Below, in pieces: positions 10,747 to 20,430 of a DNA stretch of 64,000 nucleotides. The DNA is from Calditrichia bacterium. GTDB lineage: Bacteria > Calditrichota > Calditrichia > JAJRVZ01. The notes beneath the pieces were generated by a model. The model saw nothing but the letters and a program-made list of their open reading frames with translations. It searched no databases and was not told where the DNA came from. The stretch lies in contig CAVZSQ010000013.1 of the NCBI GenBank assembly GCA_963777955.1, positions 96,001-160,000 of the forward strand. The letters run 5' to 3'. Every line of letters begins with the position of its first letter. Positions within the stretch are counted from its first letter, which is position 1. A program made the translations under genes and the position numbers.

Positions 10747-13727
10747 TTAATAATTGAATTTAATACCAAACCAGATCTGTCTCGGCGTACCGTACAATTC
10801 ATTACCGGTCTGAGCCAGAAAAGCCTGAGCGTTTTCAATATTGACCGCACGGTACATGTCGAGATACTGTTGACCATAGGTCTGTAATTGGTAGCATAGC
10901 GTGTCGGATCTGAAATATATCCGTCGTCCGTGGCTGTACCGGTGGTCGGGAATACGTTAATGACATTTTTCGTATTCAACAGATTATTCACCCGGACGTA
11001 AACCGTGGCCATCAGTTTATCATAGATATTGAATACTTTTATCCAGACGCAGATCAATATTATAATTCCACGGGGTAGTCGATGCACCCATCGGTTCCAC
11101 AGCTTCCCGCGAACGGGTATCCTGCATATAATCGGTACCGGCGGTATAAGGATCAGCCTGACCTCCCGGCTGAGCATAAGTATAGGTGAAAGCATGGCCG
11201 CTGCTGAAACTGAAGATCAGATTCGCACCAAGATTCTGCAATACCGGGCCGCCATCATTGGCGTCCAAAACGGTAATCGAGCAGAACAGAACCACGGTGA
11301 GTCTGGTTAAAATCAAGCGGTGAGGTGATAGTCGGTATCGCGGTACCATTATAGGAAGCACTGTAATAGGCTGTTTCATTGGAACCTGTACCCTCAGCCG
11401 AAGAGAGAGTATAATTCAGTTGTGCCTGCAATCTTTCGATTCTGCGTAGGGTCAATCTGATTTCAACACCTTTGGTCGTGGCGAAAGTCACCATTGCCTA
11501 TGGTCCAGTAAGTCGTACTTTGTGCTCCTGGTTCAGCCTACTACTTTCTGTATCTGGGGCTGACCGATGATATTTTTGTAGAAACCGGAAATATCGATGG
11601 CCGCGTTTTCGCCGATTTGCTGCCGGAATCCGATCTCATACTGGGTTGTGCGCATCGGATCGGCATCAAAACCGGTGGAGTTGTATATAATAATAACCAC
11701 CACGCACCATCTGACGGGCAAACTGGATTGAATTATAGTAGATATCGTTCAACTGGGTCGTCTGGACAAATTTTCCATACTGAGTATAGAAAACGGTCCG
11801 GTCGCTGATCGGGAAGGAAATACCCAGTCGAGGGCTGATCTGCATAAAAGGATCCTTCGCTTTCCAATCGAGTCGATCTGGTTTTTCATCGTCGATGGTA
11901 AAATTCGCCGGATTTTCCAGTTCATAATCATCACTGTCAAAATAATCCAAACGTAAACCTGCATTGATGATCAGGTCTTTGAACTCCAGTTTATCCTGGA
12001 CGTAGAGATGCACCGAAAACGGTTTCCGTGGTCCATTAAATCCCTTATCGGTTTTGGCTCCGGTCAGGTCATAACCATAGGTATTCCCTGTCCATTCGGC
12101 CATAGTGGCCAGTTCGACTTCAATATCCGACAAAGTATAATAATCACTATTTACATCGTAATCATGGAGCAGACCTAAAATACCCGGTTCGACCGAATAC
12201 TGGCGTACGGTATATAAGCGCATCTCACCGCCAACTTTAACTTCATTGTATTTATTGAACTGGGTTACTAAATCAATATTACCGCCGATATAGTTTTGTT
12301 CAGATTTGACATAATTACCCGGACTCGCACCGTCCCGAGTAAAAGGAAAACCGAGCAGAACATAATTATAGGGTTCGGTATGATGTGCCACTATAGGTTA
12401 CCTCACCATTGCTGTAATCACTCACGGCGGCACTGTCAGCCCATTTTGTCCAATCGGTACCAAACCAGTTATCCTCGGTCTCGGTGTAGCGGGTATAATA
12501 ACTCACCTTGACATCATAGAAAGTAGTCGGTGAAATCACGTGGGTAAACTTGGCTGAGAATAAACCCTGCAGGAAATTGGTCCATAACTGCCGTGTGTTC
12601 AATATATTCAGCATCGGAGTAGCGCTATTACGCTGTTTGGTATAACTGGCTACGCCGCTCAGACGTAATTGATACGGTTTGAAATCAAACAACAGGGTAC
12701 TGTTCAGGGCCCAGCGGTTTTGATTATTCCGCGGGGTATAGCCATCGAGATATTTAAGGGTTACTGTGTCCGGGTTTCCATCTGATACATCCGGATTTTG
12801 TGGGATTTACATCAACCAGGTTCTCAAAAGTGAATCCTTTGCTGAAACGTTGACTCGCAGTCAGCCCAGTATTCATTTTCGACTGCCGCAAATAAACGGA
12901 TATTTTTACTTACCACCGGTCCACTGAAAGTTGCACCTATAATACTGTTTCCATAAGAATAGGTATCCAGGAATTTCTCTCCGTTACCCACAAAGTTATC
13001 GGTCTGGGCATCAAACGACAAATGCATCGACTCCGCACCGGATTTCAACTCGGTCTTAACGATACCCGAATTGGCCCCGCCGAATTCAGCGGTGTAGCCG
13101 CCGGCCAAAACCTGAACTTCTTCTACTGGCGTCCTGGATAATATAAACACCGGCAGTATTATTCAACGGATTCACGATATTGGCTCCGTCTAAATAATAA
13201 CCGGTTTCTTCCGGACGTCCGCCGCGGATGTGTACATTACCATCCTGTACCACTACACTGGCCTGCAAATCAAGAATTCCATTCATACCACGCACCGGAA
13301 TGGCCTCGATTGCTTCCGAAGTAACCAGAGAATAACTCTGGGTGACGTTCTTTTCCACCAGCGGCCGTTCAGCTGTAACCACAATTACTTCTCCCAGGTC
13401 CACGGTGGTTTCCTTGAGGGTGAAGTTGATTTCGGTGGTGGTATTGGCCGAAACACGAACGTTTTTGGTAACCGTTTCGGTATAACCAACCGTCGAAGCA
13501 CGTACACTATATGCCCCTACAGGAACATTAAGGATAAAATAATAACCATCAACATCTGTATTCGCACCCATGGTTGTATTTTCAATCACCACATTTACGC
13601 CGACCAGAGCCTCATTGGTGGCTTCATCACTGATCTGGCCGGTAATCTTACCGGATGATTGTGCTAATACAGCCAATGGAACGAAACTCACTAATAAAAA
13701 TATCAGTAAGCGTTTAATAAACATCAC
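10747..13727 (-). CDS. TonB-dependent receptor (multiple frameshifts)
   Basis: QSSGKITGQISD carboxypeptidase-regulatory-like domain; HIRGGR...YYLDG plug; AGGYTAEFGGANSGIV; ISPRLGISFPIS; ends PRQIWFGIKFNY. Confidence 0.85.
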
Positions 13728-14192
13728 ATTTCCTCCTACATGTTAGATTTCATAAATGAATAAAAGTTTGGATATAATTACATTAGCAGATACTTTTGGT
13801 ACATTACCTCTCCTCCCAGTGGTTAAAGGTTTACGGTTTCTAATTATTTGATAAAAATTATTTAAACTTATTTTAATATCCATCAGCTCTACGATTATAC
13901 TCCGGCCAGGCAATGATTGCCCGCTGCTACAGGTATAGTTTTTCCTTGATGATGTAACTTTTGAGATTGAGAAACGCAAATAAGTTTGACCATTTTCGTC
14001 AGCATCCTGCTAAAAACTAAGACTAACTACTATACTTTTACTTTTCAGAAGGTATAGCAGCCGCTGCTCAAATTAGCCTGTACAATAATGTTAAGTGCCT
14101 CAAAATTCCCAGCCCCAGTGGATATGATTGGGGATATTCTACGAAAAGCGTGAATCAAATTATAAAATCAAAAAATGTAATGCAACTATTTT

Positions 14193-15440
14193 TCATAAAT
14201 TTTCGCTAGCCAAAGCACACCAGACAAAGACTTTAGCGTCATTTATCATGTTTTCAATAATACAGTATTCATCGGGTTGATGCCCCACTTCGTCCATGGT
14301 ACTCCAGACAGCCACCGGAAATCCCCGGCGCCGTAAAATGGCGGCCACGGTCCCGCCGCCGATTCCCTGCGGCCGGGCTTGCCGTTTGTACACTTTGCTG
14401 ATGCCCGACTTCAGTAAACCGACTATCGGCGCAGCAACAGATGTTGCCGGTGCGGCCTGTTCGGCCTGCTCGTAACCGATCTCAATCTTTACCCGGAATC
14501 TTTTTTCGATCTTGTCGGCAATCTGCCTGATTGCCGCGGAAACATCGTTGATCTGATAGTCGGGCAGCACGCGACAATCCAGGTAAAACACATCTTCACC
14601 GGGAATAGTGTTTATATTCGGTACATTGGCTTCTTTTTTAGTCGGCTCGAATGTTGAGCGGGAAGGATTGAAAACTTTATCCCGGCGCGGAAACAATCTG
14701 GCCAGACCTTCCAATTGCACCTGCAGGTGACCGGCGGCACGAAACGCATTGATCCCCTGATCAGGCGTGCTGGCATGTACCTGCTTGCCGGTTGTTTTAA
14801 ATTTAATCCACATAATTGACTTTTCGGCGACTTCAATCAGCCGGCCGTCGGCCTCACCGGCATCCGGTATAATGATCAGATCATCCCGGCGAAAAAGATC
14901 CGGATGCTGAGCCAGCAAATGAACCAGGCCGGATTTACTGCCGGTCTCTTCATCAGCAACGAAGATCAGTTTCAGATCAGAATAAGGTTTAATCCCGGTT
15001 TGCAAAAAAGCCCGGGCGGCAACTATCGCTGAAACAATGCCCTGGTGATTATCCTCACTGCCCCGGCCGTATATCCTGCCGTCCCTGACCACCGCCTGGT
15101 ATGGATCACTGTGCCATTTGGTCGGATCGCCCGGAGGGACTATATCGGTATGGGTGATAATCCACAGTGTGCGCTGCCTCGTCCGGCCGGACACCGTTGC
15201 GCTGAAATTGGGCCGTAAACCTCCCACTACTGTGTGGTCGGGGGCCGGATAATCTTCAAAATCCGTCAATCCGCACTTGCGCAAATAATCCCTGATAAAA
15301 TTTGCTTTCTCTGTTTCTCCGGGACCGTTATTCTGTGGTCCCACGGAATTGATCGAGATCAGTTTTTTCATCAATTCGACCGCTTCCGGCCGCAATTGTT
15401 CAACTGCACCCTGTAACCTTTTAAACGTACTGACTGACAT
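14193..15440 (-). CDS. M20-family metallohydrolase (DapE/ArgE-like)
   Basis: HTDIVP, GRGSEDN, DEETG and HQPDE motifs; SD GGAGG before ATG 15440. Confidence 0.9.
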   Translation of the reverse strand: MSVSTFKRLQGAVEQLRPEAVELMKKLISINSVGPQNNGPGETEKANFIRDYLRKCGLTDFEDYPAPDHTVVGGLRPNFSATVSGRTRQRTLWIITHTDIVPPGDPTKWHSDPYQAVVRDGRIYGRGSEDNHQGIVSAIVAARAFLQTGIKPYSDLKLIFVADEETGSKSGLVHLLAQHPDLFRRDDLIIIPDAGEADGRLIEVAEKSIMWIKFKTTGKQVHASTPDQGINAFRAAGHLQVQLEGLARLFPRRDKVFNPSRSTFEPTKKEANVPNINTIPGEDVFYLDCRVLPDYQINDVSAAIRQIADKIEKRFRVKIEIGYEQAEQAAPATSVAAPIVGLLKSGISKVYKRQARPQGIGGGTVAAILRRRGFPVAVWSTMDEVGHQPDEYCIIENMINDAKVFVWCALASENL

Positions 15441-15472
15441 GCCTCCCTCCGCATTTAATCCTGATATCACCT

Positions 15473-16651
15473 TCAGGTATTCTGTAACTCGCCCAGTGAT
15501 ATTTCAGGGATGACCAGATTTTGCAGCACCTTGGTGAAATAACGGTCGGTCATGCCGGAAATATAATCACGTACAATCAATGTCGGGATGGTCTGGTCTA
15601 AATATTTTTTTGATTTCTTCTTTAAAAAATCTATGTAAACAGAACTGCTGCTATTTTCTTTTTCCAGGTCCTGCAGAAATTGTGCAAACAGAATTTCAAA
15701 ACCTTTGGCAATCCGCTCATGGTTAATTTTTAGTTTACTACTCTTATAAATATATTCATAATTGAATTGTTTAAGCCGGTACAGCGCTGCGGACACGTTA
15801 CGGCTGAAAGCGATATAATTCTGTTCATAACTGGTTTCAACCACATCCTGGACCAGGGATTCAATAATGGCGCCGTTATTTTCACCGAGGATTTTGACGC
15901 ATTCTGCCGGTAAAGCTGTTCGCTTGATCAGACCCAGGCGGATTGCATCCTCGATATCCTGGCCGATGTAGGCTATGGTATCACTGAACCTGACCACGCA
16001 CCCCTCCAGGGTCATGGGAATAAGCATTGTTTCCCGGCCCCCTTCCCGTGCGCGGATATAATCCTGGATATCTGTTTCAGTGCGTTGCGGTTCAGGTATT
16101 AATTTCTGATCGTGCACTTCCCCGTCATGAGAAAGCAGGCCTTCCCTGACCTGAAAGGTCAGGTTCAATCCTTCCCCTTTTTTAGATATGAAGTCCACCA
16201 CCCGCAGACTCTGAATGTTATGATGAAACTGCCCCAGGCCATATTTTTCGCTTACCTGGCTGAGGTATTTTTCGCCATCGTGACCGAAGGGCGGGTGGCC
16301 CAGATCATGCCCCAGCGAGATCGCTTCAATCAGGTCGATGTTCAGTCTCAGTAAACGTCCGATGGTACGGGCAATCTGGGCGACACTCAGAGTATGCAAA
16401 CTGCGGCTGGAAAGTTGTTCATCCAGCATTGAGGCGAAATAGACCACCTGAGTTTTGCCGGTATAACGCCGGAATGCGCCGCTGTAAATAATGCGGTCGC
16501 GGTCCAGCGCAAACGGCGGACGAAAACTCTTCTTTTTTTCGGGGAACAAACGAACGGCCGCGCTATCCCTGGTCGAATAAGGTGAAAGTCGCTGGGCGTC
16601 TGTCTGGTCGACTTCTGCGGCGATCGTATAGATATTTTTCATGTCATTCAA
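15473..16651 (-). CDS. dNTP triphosphohydrolase (dGTPase-like, HD domain)
   Basis: FALDRDRIIYSGAFRR..GKTQV, HDLGHPPFGH, DYISGMTD. Confidence 0.9.
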   Translation of the reverse strand: MNDMKNIYTIAAEVDQTDAQRLSPYSTRDSAAVRLFPEKKKSFRPPFALDRDRIIYSGAFRRYTGKTQVVYFASMLDEQLSSRSLHTLSVAQIARTIGRLLRLNIDLIEAISLGHDLGHPPFGHDGEKYLSQVSEKYGLGQFHHNIQSLRVVDFISKKGEGLNLTFQVREGLLSHDGEVHDQKLIPEPQRTETDIQDYIRAREGGRETMLIPMTLEGCVVRFSDTIAYIGQDIEDAIRLGLIKRTALPAECVKILGENNGAIIESLVQDVVETSYEQNYIAFSRNVSAALYRLKQFNYEYIYKSSKLKINHERIAKGFEILFAQFLQDLEKENSSSSVYIDFLKKKSKKYLDQTIPTLIVRDYISGMTDRYFTKVLQNLVIPEISLGELQNT

Positions 16652-17544
16652 TTAGGATTTACTGCTTTCCCGCTGCATACCTTCAGCGCCTTTTCAATAA
16701 TTTTTAAATGCAATTCGGCCGGCATAATATGAGGTTCACCATCGGTATGGATAATACACTGGCCGGAGCTGCAGGTTATTCTGAACTCCTTGCCCCGATA
16801 ATGCCGATACTCGGTCGCGATATGTATGGTACCACAGAATAAGCGCCGGGTCAGCGCTGCTGCTTTCAGCAAATTAACCTCCGGTAGAATGCAAATATCC
16901 AGAATCCCATCACTGGGATCTGCCCCGGGTGCGATTACGGCACCATTACCGTATTGCGGTGTATTGGCAATAGCCACCAGCAACGGTCTGATCTGCAGTT
17001 GCTGATCATTCAGGTGCAGGTTAAATTCCTGGGCATGGTAAAGCAGAAACTCTTTAAAACCGATGAAAAAATACGGCAGGGGTCCGCGTATACCAAAATC
17101 CTGAAATTTTTTACCTATATTGGCATCAAAACCAATTCCACAGATCCCGACAAAAAAGTGATCGTTAACCTTGCCGATGTCGATGAACAAACGGCCGGGC
17201 TGTAACAACTGCTGAATCGCTTTCCTTAGATTTAGCGGTACGCCGAGACTTCTGGCAATCCCATTTCCGGAACCTAGCGGGATGATACCGAGGCAGGTCT
17301 GCTGACAACCTACCAGGCTGCTGGCGACTTCATTGATCGTGCCATCACCACCTGCTGCCACGATGATCTGATACCCTTCCTGCACAGCGTTTTCGGAGAG
17401 GGCCCGGGCTTCGCCGGCATGGGTAGTACAGGCAAAATCATACTGATGACCGCTGGGTGCCAGCTCAGCTGCGATAAAATCGATGATATCCTCAACCCGG
17501 TTTTTTGCACCGGAAATCGGATTGAGAATAAAAAGGTATTTCAT
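16648..17544 (-). CDS. YegS/Rv2252/BmrU-family lipid (diacylglycerol) kinase
   Basis: NPISG, GGDGTINEV, PLGSGN, YGNG, DGE motifs. Confidence 0.9.
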   Translation of the reverse strand: MKYLFILNPISGAKNRVEDIIDFIAAELAPSGHQYDFACTTHAGEARALSENAVQEGYQIIVAAGGDGTINEVASSLVGCQQTCLGIIPLGSGNGIARSLGVPLNLRKAIQQLLQPGRLFIDIGKVNDHFFVGICGIGFDANIGKKFQDFGIRGPLPYFFIGFKEFLLYHAQEFNLHLNDQQLQIRPLLVAIANTPQYGNGAVIAPGADPSDGILDICILPEVNLLKAAALTRRLFCGTIHIATEYRHYRGKEFRITCSSGQCIIHTDGEPHIMPAELHLKIIEKALKVCSGKAVNPN

Positions 17545-17558
17545 ACCCGCAAAATCTT

Positions 17559-18524
17559 TCAGCCCTTATCGACCGATTCGAGCGCAAAAGAGATAGCTCC
17601 CAGATAACCGGCTTTATTCCCCAGTTTGGCCCCGACAATCTGCACTCCTTCGCGGGGTTTTTCCATGGCATATTGATAAGCGGTCTCACGGACCTTGCCC
17701 AGATATATTTCCCCTGCTTCGGCGACGCCTCCGCCGATAATAAACATACTTGGATTAAAAATGTTGATCAGCGTGGCCAGTCCCCGTCCAAGATAATAAC
17801 AGGCTGCTTCGATTACCTGCCTGGCTATGGAGTCATTCTGCCGGTAAAGTTTGAAAATATAGCGGACATCCATTTCCTCAGCATTAAATGGAATTTTATT
17901 TTTTTCATAATGAGCTTTGAAATTTTTCAACATGGCAGTTGCCGAAGCGTATGCTTCCAGACAGCCCTTGCCCCCGCAATTGCATATTATACCTTCCATA
18001 TCCAGCGACAGGTGTCCCAGTTCGGCCCCGGCACATTGGAAACCGCGGTACAGGTTATCATCGATAATAATTCCTCCGCCTACACCCGTACCAATGGTCA
18101 GGCAGATAACATCATGATGACCTATTCCCGCTCCGAACCTGGTCTCGCCAAGTGCCATCAGGTTGGCATCATTGTCCACAAATACCGGTAATTTAACTGC
18201 TTTCTCGAGTTCTTTTTTAATTTCGACATTTCGCCAGTACAGGAAGTTGGGCGTCGAACCCATCAGAAAACCGGTATGGATTTCTACGCTGCCCGGGGTG
18301 CCCAGACCTACTGTTACCGGTTTATGTCCATGCTCTTCGGCATATCTTTTCATCTGCAGGATCGCGTCGCCGAGATTGGCCAGAATGGTTTCTTTGGTCG
18401 CCTCTGTATTGGTCGGTTTTTTATCCTCTTTAATTATTTTGCCATCTTCTTCCGCCAGGGCAAATTTGATTGCCGTTCCTCCCAGATCCACACCGATAGC
18501 GGTTCGCTTACCAGATTTATCCAT
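17559..18524 (-). CDS. ROK-family sugar kinase (glucokinase-like)
   Basis: DLGGT, DNDAN, GTGVGGG, ELGH, CNCGGKGCLE; no HTH domain. Confidence 0.9.
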   Translation of the reverse strand: MDKSGKRTAIGVDLGGTAIKFALAEEDGKIIKEDKKPTNTEATKETILANLGDAILQMKRYAEEHGHKPVTVGLGTPGSVEIHTGFLMGSTPNFLYWRNVEIKKELEKAVKLPVFVDNDANLMALGETRFGAGIGHHDVICLTIGTGVGGGIIIDDNLYRGFQCAGAELGHLSLDMEGIICNCGGKGCLEAYASATAMLKNFKAHYEKNKIPFNAEEMDVRYIFKLYRQNDSIARQVIEAACYYLGRGLATLINIFNPSMFIIGGGVAEAGEIYLGKVRETAYQYAMEKPREGVQIVGAKLGNKAGYLGAISFALESVDKG

Positions 18525-18676
18525 TAAAATTCCCTCCTGAACGTGGCTACTATCAATTTTTAATAGTTGCTGTACTGAATATTTTTATGTGTAGCCTAAA
18601 TATATTAAATATTGAAGAATAATTGTAGTCTATGTGTTAAAAAGATTAAATCAGCGGAGCTAACAGGGCAGTTTAT

Positions 18677-18735
18677 AAGATTTCTCATCCGCTCGCTAGA
18701 CCTGCCGTCAGGCAGGCGGCGGGGAGAGGAATCTT
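18677..18735. repeat. REP-like nested palindromic element
   Basis: AAGATTTCTC...GAGGAATCTT outer stem with inner CCTGCC-GTCA-GGCAGG hairpin. Confidence 0.6.
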
Positions 18736-18753
18736 GTTCTATTATGCATTCCG

Positions 18754-20415
18754 TCATCTAGCCGAATCTGTTGTTGAATCCGACTTTTCCAGTTGGACCA
18801 GCAGTTGTTTAGCTTCGGGAAATAATTTCAACGAAGATTGGTATTGATTATCTTCCTCCAGCAAAATCCGGTGATATTTATCATTTCCCCACAGGTTGCG
18901 GGCAATTTCAGCCTTCAAAGATACCGCGATATACTGCCGGTGCTGCTTTAATTCTTCTGCCGTAATCAGCAGTCCTTTTTGGGCAGCCAGTGAAATGAAC
19001 TCATTCAACAAACGGTTATCTACTTCAAATTCGGTCAGGAAGCGATTCAGATTATCCTTCCAGTATGGATGGTTCAGGGTAAAATGGGCAGCTGTTTCAA
19101 AAAAAAGATGCTTATCCCTGATCTGCTGGATCAGCATTGGGGAATAAATCTGGTCGACCGGTTCAATAATCACATCGGGACTAATACCTCCCCCTCCGTA
19201 CACCTTGCGGCCGCTGCTGGTATAATATAACGACCGGTTATATAAAGTATCAGTACTATCGGCACTGGCATATTTTAAACTCAGGCTGTCTGCCGCTCCC
19301 TCATAATATTGTTCGACATTTTTACCCTTATAAGGTTTCTGGATCAGGCGCCCGCTGGGTGTATAATATTTGGAGATGGTCAGGCGCAGGCGGGAGTTGT
19401 CGCGCAGTGGAAATTCCCGCTGCACCAGTCCTTTGCCAAAACTGGTCGTGCCTACGACTAAAGCACGATCATAATCCTGCAGCGCCCCGGCAACAATCTC
19501 TGCTGCTGACGCTGAGGCATAGTTAATTAATACAACCAGGGGATAATCGCGCACCTTGCGGCGTCCGTAAGTATCGGTATAAAATTCCTCATCGAACTCG
19601 GGTAAGCGTCCGCGGGTAAATACGACTTTCCGGTGTCCGGGTAAAAATCGCGAGGAAACCTTGACCGCCTGATCCAGCAGCCCGCCGGCATTCCAGCGCA
19701 GATCCAGGACCAGCCGCTGCATACCCTGATTTTCCAAAGCGGTAAGCGCCTGATCAAGTTCCTGCTCGGTGGTTTTGGCAAAACGATTAAGATAGATATA
19801 ACCGATGCTGTCTGCATTCATGAAATAATCGGTAACCGTGTACAACGGTATAGCCCCGCGGATGATCTTAAACTCCAGCGGATCACTGATACCTTCCCGC
19901 AAAACTGTAACCTGCACCGGGGTTCCGCTTTTCCCTTTCAGCAGCCGGGGTACCTCGCTCTGATCAATACCTATTGACGACTTGCCATCTATTTTAACAA
20001 TCCGGTCCCCTGCCAATAATCCGACCTTATCGGCGGGTGAATCGTGCACAGCCGTGATTACGGTGATATAACCATCAATTATGTCAAACTGAATTCCAAT
20101 ACCCTGATACTGGCCCTGAAAATTTTCTTCATTGGTTTCCACTTCCGTAGCTGAAACATAAACGGAATGCGGGTCTAATTTTTCCAGGACCGACCGGGTT
20201 GCGCTCTGGTAGGCTTCGTCCCAGTTTACCTCATCCACGTAATACGAGGAAATATAATTTATAATCTCCCTGAATTTAGTTTCATTTTTAGCCCGTTCCT
20301 TCTGGCTGCCTGGCGAAAAAAGCATCGAATTTACCTTAATCAGCACAACCACGATGATCAGTACCAGGACAATCAGGCTGATAATGGATATAAGTTTACG
20401 CTTCTGGCTGTTCAT
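18754..20415 (-). CDS. S41 carboxy-terminal processing protease with PDZ domain
   Basis: LDPHS, GIGI, DLRWNAGG, SASAAEI, FGKG, YYTPSGR. Confidence 0.92.
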   Translation of the reverse strand: MNSQKRKLISIISLIVLVLIIVVVLIKVNSMLFSPGSQKERAKNETKFREIINYISSYYVDEVNWDEAYQSATRSVLEKLDPHSVYVSATEVETNEENFQGQYQGIGIQFDIIDGYITVITAVHDSPADKVGLLAGDRIVKIDGKSSIGIDQSEVPRLLKGKSGTPVQVTVLREGISDPLEFKIIRGAIPLYTVTDYFMNADSIGYIYLNRFAKTTEQELDQALTALENQGMQRLVLDLRWNAGGLLDQAVKVSSRFLPGHRKVVFTRGRLPEFDEEFYTDTYGRRKVRDYPLVVLINYASASAAEIVAGALQDYDRALVVGTTSFGKGLVQREFPLRDNSRLRLTISKYYTPSGRLIQKPYKGKNVEQYYEGAADSLSLKYASADSTDTLYNRSLYYTSSGRKVYGGGGISPDVIIEPVDQIYSPMLIQQIRDKHLFFETAAHFTLNHPYWKDNLNRFLTEFEVDNRLLNEFISLAAQKGLLITAEELKQHRQYIAVSLKAEIARNLWGNDKYHRILLEEDNQYQSSLKLFPEAKQLLVQLEKSDSTTDSAR

Positions 20416-20430
20416 ATTCGTTTGACCGTT

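Noticed and set aside
6075..13727. Stop-codon reassignment as the cause of fragmented ORFs
   Set aside because: Fragments switch reading frame rather than reading through, and intact genes end in TAA, TAG and TGA.
13743..13979. 78-aa ORF in the TonB operon leader
   Set aside because: TTG start with no clear SD and no recognisable motif; probably spurious.
15473..16651. Anti-phage dGTPase defence system
   Set aside because: It lies inside a housekeeping-type operon with no defence neighbours; ordinary dNTPase is the simpler call.
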